A stretch of DNA of 64,000 bases from an uncultured Gemmatimonadales bacterium (lineage in GTDB: Bacteria; Gemmatimonadota; Gemmatimonadetes; Gemmatimonadales; GWC2-71-9): the NCBI GenBank assembly GCA_963771275.1, contig CAVYSW010000010.1, positions 416,001 to 480,000 on the forward strand, given 5' to 3'. The notes under the pieces are model-generated. The model saw only the letters and a program-made list of their open reading frames with translations, had not been told where the DNA came from and did no database searches. Positions 29,546 to 38,374 of the stretch are shown piece by piece. The translations under genes were made by a program, and so were the position numbers. Numbering within the stretch: the first letter of the stretch is position 1; the number at the start of each line of letters is the position of its first letter.

Positions 29546-30507
29546 CCCTCGTGCGCCGCGGCGAGCCCGCGGAGATCAGCGTCCTCGTGCCGGCCAAGGA
29601 CGAGGCCGAGAACCTCCCCGAGTTCGTGCGGCAATGTGCCGACGCGCTCCGGCGCGAGCCCTACCCGGTCGAGCTGGTCGTGGTCAACGACGGGAGCGAC
29701 GACGACACCGCGGAGGTGCTCCAACGCCTCGCCGCGGAGCACGCGTTCCTCCGGGTCGTGACCCATCGGGCCCAACGCGGCATCGCGGACGCGCTGCGCT
29801 CGGCGGCCGAGGCGGCGACCGGCCGGATCTTCGTATTCTACCCGGCCGACCTGCAGTTCCTGCCGGCCGAGATCCCGCGACTGGTGGGACCGATCCGCTC
29901 CGGCGAAGCGGACATCGTGACGGGGACGAAGCAGGGAAACTACGAGAAGGCGTTCGTGTCGCGGATCTACAACTGGCTGTGCCGCTGGTTGTTCGGCATT
30001 CGGGTTACGGACCTGAACGCCGTCAAGGCATATCGGCGCGAGGTGGCGCTCACCGTGCCACCGCGCCCCGACTGGCATCGCTTCATGGTGGTGATCGGCG
30101 CGGCGGACGGGTTTCGCGTGACCGAGCGCCCCGTGACGCTGCTGCCGCGCCGTGCCGGACGCTCGAAGTTCGGGCTCGGCCGCATCCCCGTGGGCGTGCT
30201 GGATCTGCTCTCAGTGTGGTTCCAGCTCCGCTTCGGGCGCAAGCCCCTGCTGTTCTTCGGCCTGTCGGGCATGATCCTCTTCCTGATCGGCTTCCTCGCC
30301 GGTGTCGCCGCGTTCGTGCTCCGGTTCGCGTTCGGCTACGGTTTCCGACCGTTGCTGTATCTGGTGATCACGCTCGTCGTGTCCGGCATCGCGCTGTTCG
30401 GATTCGGATTCGTGGGAGAGATGATCGCCGGGAGTCGCGAGGAGATGCGCGCGCTATCGCGGTCGGTCGACCGCCTGGCAGCGGAGATGGAGCGCCGCCG
30501 CTCGTAG
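29542..30507 (+). CDS. GT2 polyprenyl-phosphate glycosyltransferase with two C-terminal TM helices
   Basis: VLVPAKDE, NDGSDD, ADLQ and R.AGRSKF motifs; C-terminal TM pair. Confidence 0.88.
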   Translation: MTLVRRGEPAEISVLVPAKDEAENLPEFVRQCADALRREPYPVELVVVNDGSDDDTAEVLQRLAAEHAFLRVVTHRAQRGIADALRSAAEAATGRIFVFYPADLQFLPAEIPRLVGPIRSGEADIVTGTKQGNYEKAFVSRIYNWLCRWLFGIRVTDLNAVKAYRREVALTVPPRPDWHRFMVVIGAADGFRVTERPVTLLPRRAGRSKFGLGRIPVGVLDLLSVWFQLRFGRKPLLFFGLSGMILFLIGFLAGVAAFVLRFAFGYGFRPLLYLVITLVVSGIALFGFGFVGEMIAGSREEMRALSRSVDRLAAEMERRRS

Positions 30508-30552
30508 CGGGAAGGCCGGTGCGCGGTGGGGCACCCGCACCGGGCAGGGCGC

Positions 30553-31263
30553 CTACGGGTGCCGCAGCGCCTCCAGCGTCGCTTCGTCCCGGCTCAGCTC
30601 CTCGAAGTGATCGCGTGTCTCGAGAGCCCGCCAAAACTCCTTGATCTCGTAGGCGGCCACCGTGCCTCCGCTGCCGCGCACGCGGTCGGCGAGCTCCGGC
30701 ATGGTCATGGGAGCGTCCGCGCGCAGCAGGGCGACCGCCTCGGGGGAGACGCAGTACACGCCCGCGCTCACCGGATAGACGAAGGTCGGCTTCTCGGTGA
30801 TCCCGACAACCCGTGCCTCCACCAGCTCGAGAATCCCGAACGGGCTCTGGTAGGTGTGATGCACGTAGCCGATCGTGAGCAGCGCGCCCTGGTCGCGGTG
30901 AAACCGCGCCAGCTTGGCGAAGTCCAGCCGGGTGACCACGTCGCCGTTGGTGACCAGGAATGGCTCGACCGGGTCGAGAAACGGGCGGCACAGCGTGAGC
31001 GGGCCGGCGGTGCCCAGTGGCCGCGACTCCTCCACGTAGTCGATCCGCACCCCGAACCGGCGGCCGTCCCCGCAATACGCCCGGATCAGCTCCGCCTGGT
31101 AGCCGAGGGCTACGACGATCTCCGTCACGCCGCAGCGCACGAGCTGCGCGATGATGTAGTCGAGCAGCGGACGATCGCCCAGGGGCAGCAGCGGCTTGGG
31201 GACCGTGAAGGTGTAGGGGCGGAGCCGGCTGCCCTGACCCCCGGCGAGCACGATGGCCTTCAT
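30553..31263 (-). CDS. Sugar-phosphate nucleotidyltransferase
   Basis: LAGGQGSRLRPYT..PKPL, EESRPLGTAG and NGD motifs. Confidence 0.9.
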   Translation of the reverse strand: MKAIVLAGGQGSRLRPYTFTVPKPLLPLGDRPLLDYIIAQLVRCGVTEIVVALGYQAELIRAYCGDGRRFGVRIDYVEESRPLGTAGPLTLCRPFLDPVEPFLVTNGDVVTRLDFAKLARFHRDQGALLTIGYVHHTYQSPFGILELVEARVVGITEKPTFVYPVSAGVYCVSPEAVALLRADAPMTMPELADRVRGSGGTVAAYEIKEFWRALETRDHFEELSRDEATLEALRHP

Positions 31264-32249
31264 ATGGCGTACGCGTCCGGGCGGTAGGCGTCGAGATGCG
31301 CGCCGATCCACGCCGTCGTGCGACGGATGCCCTCCTCGAACGCCACGGCCGGTCGATAGCCCAGCAGGCGTTCGGCCTTGGTGATGTCGGCGCACAGCCG
31401 CGTGACTTCGCTCTTGTCGGGTCGGAGCCTTCGCTCGTCACGGACCACGCGGACGTCCTTGCCCACCACCGCGATGATCAGGCGGATCGCGTCATCGATG
31501 CTCGTCTCTCGGCCGGTCCCGATGTTGACGACCTCCCCGATGGAGGTTGCCGACTCCGCGGCGAGCAGGAAGCCTCGGACGGTGTCGTCGACGAACGTGA
31601 AGTCCCGCGTCGTCGAGGTCGCGCCGATCCTGATCTCGGCCCCGGCCAGCGCCTGTGTGATGACCGTGGGGATCACGGCCCGCGCGGACTGCCGCGGTCC
31701 GAAGGTGTTGAACGGTCGCACGATCGTGACCGGGAGATCGAACGAGTAGTGGTAGCTGAGCGCCACGTGGTCGGTGGCGATCTTGCTGGCCGAGTAGGGC
31801 GACTGCGGCTGGAGGGGGTGCGTCTCGGGAATCGGGATCTGCCGGGCGGAGCCGTACACCTCGCTCGTGGACGTCTGGACGAGCCGCGCGACCCCCATGT
31901 CTCGGGCCACGCTCAGCACGTTGAGGGTCGCGAGGACGTTGTTGAGGACGGCGTCGTGGGGGTGCGCGTACGAATACGGAATGCCCACAAACGCCGCGAG
32001 GTGAAAGACGACTTCCGCCCGCGCGAGCGCCTGGCGGGTGGCGTCCACGTCGGCGAGGTCGATGCGCTGCACCCGGAGACTGCGGCGAGTCTCGGGCGTC
32101 ACGTAGCGCAGGTTGCCGTCGTCACCCCGGGAGTTGTAGCGGACGATGGCGGTCACATCCGCCCCCGCGCCGACCAGGGCCTCGGCGAGATGGCTGCCGA
32201 TGAAGCCACCCGCGCCGGTTACGGCCACCCGCTTTGCGGTCCACGTCAT
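31260..32249 (-). CDS. NDP-sugar epimerase/4,6-dehydratase (LegB-like)
   Basis: TGAGGFIG, GIPYSY, TSTSEVYG, PYSASK and RPFNTFGPRQS motifs. Confidence 0.9.
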   Translation of the reverse strand: MTWTAKRVAVTGAGGFIGSHLAEALVGAGADVTAIVRYNSRGDDGNLRYVTPETRRSLRVQRIDLADVDATRQALARAEVVFHLAAFVGIPYSYAHPHDAVLNNVLATLNVLSVARDMGVARLVQTSTSEVYGSARQIPIPETHPLQPQSPYSASKIATDHVALSYHYSFDLPVTIVRPFNTFGPRQSARAVIPTVITQALAGAEIRIGATSTTRDFTFVDDTVRGFLLAAESATSIGEVVNIGTGRETSIDDAIRLIIAVVGKDVRVVRDERRLRPDKSEVTRLCADITKAERLLGYRPAVAFEEGIRRTTAWIGAHLDAYRPDAYAI

Positions 32250-32421
32250 TGCCGGGCACGTCCCACGATGGTGTCGCGTGGAAAAGGGGAGCGACCCTCC
32301 TTCAAGCCGCCGCCGGATCGAGATCGCGGGCTCGGCGGCTTGCGAGGCGAGAGGCTTGAGCCTCATGATTATAACGTCCACTCGTCGGCCTCGCACGCCG
32401 TCGGCCAGAGAGGAGTCTCCC

Positions 32422-34098
32422 GTGCATTCTCCAGCTCGTTTGTCCGACGTGGCTGTGCTCACTCTGCTCGCGGCTTGCGCAGGGCCTGGGCGGAACCGGG
32501 GCGCGGTACGCGTCGAGGTCGCGCCGGCGATCCTGAACCTGGTGATCGGCTCGAGCCAGCAGCTCACAGTCACGGTGTACGACGGCGGGGGCTCGGCGAT
32601 TCCAGGAGCTGCGGTGCTGTTCACATCCAGTGACACTCTGGTGGCCACGGTGAGTCCGAGCGGACTGGTCAGGGCCGTTGCCACCGGGGCCGCGGCGCTG
32701 TCCATGATCAGTGGCCCGGCGATGGCAGCAGTGCCGATTGCGGTGACGGCTGTGCCGGACCAGATCCACGTCACGCCGGCCGTGCTGAACCTGGTGCTTG
32801 GCGCCGCTCGACGCCTCGGGGTCGTGGTGCTCGACGCCGATGGGCAAGCCATTCCGGGAGCGCCCCTCACCATCAGCTCGGGCGACACGACCGTCGCACA
32901 GACCGATGGGACGGGGCTCGTGCGTGGCGTCGGGATCGGGACCGGGTCGATCACCGTGCGCAGCAACCCGGCGTCCAGTACCATCGTCGTTACCGTCGTG
33001 CGCCCGGCGTCGCTCGAGGTCGCGCCCGATACGGCCTTGCTCCAGGGAAGCCAGACGCTCCGCCTGACGGCCCAGGCGCTGGGCGTCGACGGGAGCGTGC
33101 TCCCTGACGCACCCGTTGCATACGAATCCCGCGACCCTTCGATCGTTCGGGTGGGGCCGGACGGGGTCGTGTCGGCCAGCGGCGTCGGGACGGCGTACGT
33201 GCTGGCGACGAGTGGCTCGGTGTGCGACAGCGCCCGCGTCACCGCCGTAACCGCTCGGTTGCCGATCGGCGGCAGGCCGTTCGGTGCCGCCATATCAAGC
33301 GCCGGAGTCGCGTACGTTACCCAGAGCGACAGCGCCAGCGTGGCACGCTTGGACCTCCCCACGCGCGCCGTGGTCGGCGGCCTCGTCGCAGGCTTGCGAC
33401 CCAGCTCGGTCGCGGTCAGTCAGGCCGGCGACCGCATCTACGTCGGTAACCAGGACGACGGGAGCGTCACCGTCATCGACGCGGCGACAAACGCCGTGCT
33501 CGCGTCGCTGGACTTCGCCGGCTCGGTGACGGCCGTCGGCGTTGGGGCGGATACGCTGCTCTTCGTCGCGGCGGGAGGCTGGATCCACCTGATCCGTGTT
33601 CCGGCCCTGCTCCGCGCGGACTCGATCGCGGTGCCGTTCGTCGCCAACGCGCTGGCCATCGCGGGCACCCGCCTGTACGCGAACGCCACGCACAACGGTA
33701 CCGTGGCCGAGATCGACATCGCCACTCGGCAGGTGGTCCGAACCTTGGCGGTGGGTGGCGTGCCGCAGGAAATCGTCGTCGCGCCGGATCGGAACGAACT
33801 CTACATCGCCAACGAGACGGGAGAGCTCCAGATCTGGGATCTCGGGCACAACACGTTGGTTGGTACGGTGCCGCTTCGGGGGGGAGGTGGCTTCGGCCTC
33901 GCACAGAACCCGGCAAACGGCCTGCTGTACGTGAGCACGGGCTACTACGGGAATCGGGTGCACGTGGTGGACCCGCTAGCGCGCACCGTGGTGCGAGTTG
34001 TCTACACCGGCGGGGTGCCGAGGCGGATCCGGTTCGCGGCGTCCGGGAATGTGGGAATCGTGACGAACGAAGCAGGGTGGGTCGACGTCATCCGGTGA
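32422..34098 (+). CDS. Lipoprotein with about three Ig-like (Big_2) repeats and a YVTN/YncE-like beta-propeller
   Basis: LLAAC lipobox; SSD..VATVS..G.V repeats; YVGN...VTVIDAATNAV blades; start approximate. Confidence 0.78.
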   Translation: MHSPARLSDVAVLTLLAACAGPGRNRGAVRVEVAPAILNLVIGSSQQLTVTVYDGGGSAIPGAAVLFTSSDTLVATVSPSGLVRAVATGAAALSMISGPAMAAVPIAVTAVPDQIHVTPAVLNLVLGAARRLGVVVLDADGQAIPGAPLTISSGDTTVAQTDGTGLVRGVGIGTGSITVRSNPASSTIVVTVVRPASLEVAPDTALLQGSQTLRLTAQALGVDGSVLPDAPVAYESRDPSIVRVGPDGVVSASGVGTAYVLATSGSVCDSARVTAVTARLPIGGRPFGAAISSAGVAYVTQSDSASVARLDLPTRAVVGGLVAGLRPSSVAVSQAGDRIYVGNQDDGSVTVIDAATNAVLASLDFAGSVTAVGVGADTLLFVAAGGWIHLIRVPALLRADSIAVPFVANALAIAGTRLYANATHNGTVAEIDIATRQVVRTLAVGGVPQEIVVAPDRNELYIANETGELQIWDLGHNTLVGTVPLRGGGGFGLAQNPANGLLYVSTGYYGNRVHVVDPLARTVVRVVYTGGVPRRIRFAASGNVGIVTNEAGWVDVIR

Positions 34099-34120
34099 CT
34101 CCCAGCCGGGGGGACCGCTC

Positions 34121-35254
34121 GTGCGCCTGGTAATCGTCGCGCACGCCTTCCCGCGCTGGCCGGGTGACGTCGCGGGTTCGTTCCTCGGTCGGTTGGCGGA
34201 GGCACTCGTCCGGCGTGGGCATACCGTGTCGGTCGTCGCCCCCGCCGACCGGGGCCGGGCCGAACGGCAGACCGTGGACGGTGTCGAGCTCGTCCAGGTG
34301 CGGTATGCGGCCCCCGAGCGCGAGGATCTCGCCTACACCGGTGACATGGCGCGCAAGGCCCGGTCCCCATCCGGCGCGTGGGCGTTTCGGGGGCTGGTCC
34401 GTGCGCTCGCCGCCGGCGTGCGGGAAGAGGCTCGCCGCATCGCCGCCGATCTCGTCCATGCCTTTTGGTGGGTTCCCGGTGGGTGGGCAGCCACCCGCGT
34501 CGCGGCGGTTCCCGCGGTGGTGAGCCTGATGGGCACCGACGTCGCGATGATGCGGCCGCTGCCCGCGCGCCTCCTCGCCCGCCGCGTGCTGGGGCGCGCG
34601 GCCCGAGTCACGGCCCTGTCTACCTTCCTCGCCGATCAGGCGCGGCAGCTCCTGCGGCTCGACCGGCTCGAGATCACCCGGGTACCCGTTCCGGTGGATG
34701 TCCGCCGGTTTGCGGGTCGCCGGACTGGCGGTGGTGGAGTGGTGTACCTGGGCCGGCTCAGCCACCAGAAGCGCGTGGATCTTCTGCTCGACGCCGTGGC
34801 CCGGGCGGGCATCCGGGCGCCCGTCGTCATCATCGGTGACGGTCCCGCGCGCTCGGAGCTCGCGCGCCAGGCGCAAACGCTAGGGCTCGGCAACGTCGAG
34901 TTTCGGGGCGCGCTGCCCAACGAGGAGGTCCCGCCCCTCGTGGCGGGCGCGGACGTCGCGGCATTCCTCTCGCGGGCTGAAGGCCTGGGCCTCGCCGCCG
35001 CGGAAGCGTTGATGCTCGGCGTTCCGGTCGTCGCGACCAGCGACGGCGGCGGAGTGCTGGATCTCGTGCGGGACGGGGCAGGGGCCTGCGTCGTCGCACC
35101 GACCGCCGAGGCCGTCGGCGCCGCGCTGCTGCGATGCCTTGGGGATTCCTCGCTGCGCGTCGCCGCGATCGGCGCAGGCGATCGACTCCGCGCCGACCTC
35201 GCGCCCGACGCGGTTGCGGGCCAGTTTGAGCGGGTCTACGGTGACCTCGCGTAA
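34121..35254 (+). CDS. GT4 family glycosyltransferase
   Basis: LGRL..QKR, IIGDGP and EGLGLAAAEAL..GVPVV motifs. Confidence 0.9.
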   Translation: MRLVIVAHAFPRWPGDVAGSFLGRLAEALVRRGHTVSVVAPADRGRAERQTVDGVELVQVRYAAPEREDLAYTGDMARKARSPSGAWAFRGLVRALAAGVREEARRIAADLVHAFWWVPGGWAATRVAAVPAVVSLMGTDVAMMRPLPARLLARRVLGRAARVTALSTFLADQARQLLRLDRLEITRVPVPVDVRRFAGRRTGGGGVVYLGRLSHQKRVDLLLDAVARAGIRAPVVIIGDGPARSELARQAQTLGLGNVEFRGALPNEEVPPLVAGADVAAFLSRAEGLGLAAAEALMLGVPVVATSDGGGVLDLVRDGAGACVVAPTAEAVGAALLRCLGDSSLRVAAIGAGDRLRADLAPDAVAGQFERVYGDLA

Positions 35255-36743
35255 GTCGCCCAGGTCGCGGGACGCGAGCTGCACTTCGGGCACCATCGCC
35301 ATACGTCGGGCGCTGACGCTTGCGCTGGGCATTGGTGTTGCGGCCGGATGCGAAGCGACGAGTCCCCCGGTGCCGACCTGGCTCACAGTCTCGCCGCCGT
35401 CGGCGATGCTGGTGCGGGGCGATAGCATGCGCCTCGAGGTCGGGGTTCTGGCGGCGGACAGCGTCCCGATCTCCGGCGTCACGGTGGCCTATTCCTCCAG
35501 TGACACGGCGATCGCGACAGTGTCCGCGACCGGCGTCGTGCGGGCCGTGAACCTCGGAAGCGCGACGGTCACGGTCCACGGTGGCGGGCTGACCGACGGG
35601 GTGCCGATCGCCGTGATCGCGCAGCCCGCCGGCCTGAACCTCACCCCCCAGGACACCACGCTCCGGCAGGGGCATAGCGTCCAGCTGGTGGCAACCGTGC
35701 TCGACAGCGCCGGCGCCCTGATCCCTGGCGTGACGCTGATTTTTCGCTCCGACGCCCCGGAGGTCGTGAGTGTGAGTCCCGGCGGGATGGCGCGGGCCTT
35801 GGCCGCGTCCGGCTCGGCGTTGGTGACGGTCAGCGCCGGGTTGCTCGGCGCGACGGCGATCGTCCGCGCGGTGGACTCCGCGATCGTGGCGCGCATCAAG
35901 CTGCCGGGCCCCGGCTACGGCGCCACCGCGCTGGGCACCGGAACGGCGTTCGTGACGCTCTCGTCCGGCCGCGCCGTGGCGCGGCTGGATCTCGGCACGT
36001 TGGGCTTCTCCGGCCTCATTGAGGTCGGTGCTGCGCCGGCGAGCCTCGCCACGAACCCCGCACGGACCCGGCTCTATGTGAGCAATCAGACCGAGCGGAC
36101 CATCAGCGTCGTGGATATCCCCGCGGGCGTCGCCGTGGACACGCTCCGCGTGACGGGCGAACCGGTTCCCCTCCAGGTCGGCGCTGATGGGTACACCCTG
36201 TTCGTTGCCACGGATGCCCATCAGCTGTACCGCCTGGATGTCGCGTCCGGGGCCGCGGTCGACACGCTCGACCTGCCGTCCACGTCGCACTTCATCGCAT
36301 TCAACGCGGGCCACGACCGGCTCTACGTGGCCACGCGGGTTGCGGGAACGGTGATCGAGGTCGACCCGGCGGACCTGACGCTCCTGCGCACGTTCGAGGT
36401 GGGGGGCTTCACGCAGGGACTGGTCGTCACGGCGGACGGCACCGAGCTCTGGGTGGGGAACGGTGGCAGTGTGGACGTGTGGAGTCTCGCCACCGGAGCC
36501 GCGCTCCGGACAATCACCGTGGGAACGCCATCCGGCGTCTTTGGATTGGCGGCGGACGCCGGCGACGCCCATCTCTACGCCACGATCCCGGCCGACGGGA
36601 AAGTCGTGGTCATCGATCGCGTCCAACGCATGATCATCCGGACCCTCCAGACCGGGGGACTGCCCAGACAGGTCGCCTTTGATGCCGCAACCGGCTACGT
36701 TGTCGTCGCGAACGAATCGGGATGGGTGGACGTCCTGCGATGA
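35241..36743 (+). CDS. Lipoprotein with two Ig-like (Big_2) repeats and a YVTN-like beta-propeller (paralog of 32422-34098)
   Basis: VAAGC lipobox; YSSSDTAIATVSATGVV; LYVSN...ISVVD; shared C-terminus NE.GWVDV.R. Confidence 0.78.
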   Translation: MTSRKSPRSRDASCTSGTIAIRRALTLALGIGVAAGCEATSPPVPTWLTVSPPSAMLVRGDSMRLEVGVLAADSVPISGVTVAYSSSDTAIATVSATGVVRAVNLGSATVTVHGGGLTDGVPIAVIAQPAGLNLTPQDTTLRQGHSVQLVATVLDSAGALIPGVTLIFRSDAPEVVSVSPGGMARALAASGSALVTVSAGLLGATAIVRAVDSAIVARIKLPGPGYGATALGTGTAFVTLSSGRAVARLDLGTLGFSGLIEVGAAPASLATNPARTRLYVSNQTERTISVVDIPAGVAVDTLRVTGEPVPLQVGADGYTLFVATDAHQLYRLDVASGAAVDTLDLPSTSHFIAFNAGHDRLYVATRVAGTVIEVDPADLTLLRTFEVGGFTQGLVVTADGTELWVGNGGSVDVWSLATGAALRTITVGTPSGVFGLAADAGDAHLYATIPADGKVVVIDRVQRMIIRTLQTGGLPRQVAFDAATGYVVVANESGWVDVLR

Positions 36744-37378
36744 GCGGTGCTCGAGACAACGTACCGGGCCGTGTGGCGCCGGGCTCTGATGAGCTGCGCG
36801 ACTTCTACCGCGCGCGCGTCGGTTGGCGGCATTCCGGCGAGGAGCGCATGCGGTTCCGCAAGGCCACGGCCCTGGCGCGGGTTACCCCGGGAGCGGCGGT
36901 GCTCGACGTCGGCGCCCGGGACGGTGGGCTGAAGGCCTATCTGCCGTCCGACGTGCGGTATCAAGGAGTGGAGATCGCGCCGGAATTCGCCGGCCCAGAC
37001 GTGCTCACGCACGACATCTCGCGGGGTCTCCCCTTTGGCGACGGGACGTTCGACTTCGCGTTCTGCATCGAAGTCCTCGAGCATGTGCCGAACCCGTTCG
37101 GCACCGTGAGCGAGATACACCGCGTGCTCCGCCCCGGGGGCGTGCTCGTGCTGTCCGTGCCGAACCCCTACCATGTGAAAGAGCTGATCTGGAACGTGCT
37201 GCGCATCCCGGACCGCCAGGGGCACCTGTACGGCTGGACCCGGCAGACCATGACGAAGCTGGGCGAGATGGGCGGCTTCAGGCTCACCGCGTTTGGCGGG
37301 ACCTACCTGCATCCACCCATCCCGATGTTCCCCTTGCTGGCCCGCTCGATCGTGTATCGCTTTCAGAAGGCAACGTAG
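36740..37378 (+). CDS. Class I SAM-dependent methyltransferase
   Basis: VLDVGA, LPFGDGTFD, EVLEHV and RVLRPGG motifs. Confidence 0.88.
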   Translation: MSGARDNVPGRVAPGSDELRDFYRARVGWRHSGEERMRFRKATALARVTPGAAVLDVGARDGGLKAYLPSDVRYQGVEIAPEFAGPDVLTHDISRGLPFGDGTFDFAFCIEVLEHVPNPFGTVSEIHRVLRPGGVLVLSVPNPYHVKELIWNVLRIPDRQGHLYGWTRQTMTKLGEMGGFRLTAFGGTYLHPPIPMFPLLARSIVYRFQKAT

Positions 37379-37419
37379 GACCGCGTGCAGGGTTTCGACG
37401 CCGTGCGGACGTGGCACGT

Positions 37420-38373
37420 ATGAGAATGCGCTGGCGCGTGGTCGCGCAGGGCGCCGTCACCATCCTCGTCGTCGCGTTTGTCGCGCGGGCCGTTGCCCGT
37501 AACTGGGGCGACATCCGCGCGATGGACGTAAGCCTCCGTCCGCGCGCCGACTGGCTTGCGCTATCGGTGGCCGCGACCATGGTCACCTACGCGCTCCAGG
37601 TCGAATCCTGGCGCCGCGTGCTCGCCGGCTGGCGTCAGACCATTGCATTCGCGCCGGCGGCCCGCGCGTGGTGCCTCGCCAACCTCGGCCGGTACGTCCC
37701 GGGCAAGGTCTGGAGCGTCGCCGGCCTCGTCGTCATGGCCCGCCAGCGCGGCGTCGAGGGCTGGGCGGCCGCCGCGTCCGCGGTGGTGATCCAGGCGCTC
37801 GGCCTCGGGACCTGCCTCGCGGCCGTCACCATGACGCTGCCGGGCCGCCTGCCGGGGCTCCTGCTGGGGGGCGGCGCTGTGATCGCGCTCGCGCTGGCCG
37901 TCGGTGCCGTGATCGCGGGGGTAACGCTGTTCGCTCTGCATTCGTCCTGGGCAGTCGGACGGATCGGGCGCATCGTGGGAGAGCAGGGGCGCGTGCTGCG
38001 CCCACTCCCTGTCCGCGCGACGGTCGTGGGAGGGCTGCTCACCTTGGCGAGTTGGCTGACGTACGGAGTGGCCTTCTGGGCCCTCGCGAGGGGGCTGGGC
38101 CTTGGGGCCGCCCTCACCCCATCGACGGCAATCGGCGTCTTTGCACTTGGTTACATTGCAGGCTTGCTGGCGCTGTTCGCGCCGGGTGGCGTCGGTGTTC
38201 GCGAGGCCGCGTTTGGTCTGCTGCTTGCGCCGGTCATGGGGCCGGGCCCGGCGGTGGGACTGAGCGTCGCGTCCCGGCTGCTCCTCACCGTCATGGAGGT
38301 CGCCGCCGCCGGCATCACCGTCTTGGTCGCACGCGCGCGATCGGGACCACCCAAGGAGTCGTCCAACGTCTGA
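37420..38373 (+). CDS. Flippase-like membrane protein (LPG synthase TM / UPF0104 family)
   Basis: Multiple TMs; LGRYVPGKVW and PGGVGVRE motifs. Confidence 0.82.
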   Translation: MRMRWRVVAQGAVTILVVAFVARAVARNWGDIRAMDVSLRPRADWLALSVAATMVTYALQVESWRRVLAGWRQTIAFAPAARAWCLANLGRYVPGKVWSVAGLVVMARQRGVEGWAAAASAVVIQALGLGTCLAAVTMTLPGRLPGLLLGGGAVIALALAVGAVIAGVTLFALHSSWAVGRIGRIVGEQGRVLRPLPVRATVVGGLLTLASWLTYGVAFWALARGLGLGAALTPSTAIGVFALGYIAGLLALFAPGGVGVREAAFGLLLAPVMGPGPAVGLSVASRLLLTVMEVAAAGITVLVARARSGPPKESSNV

Positions 38374-38374
38374 C

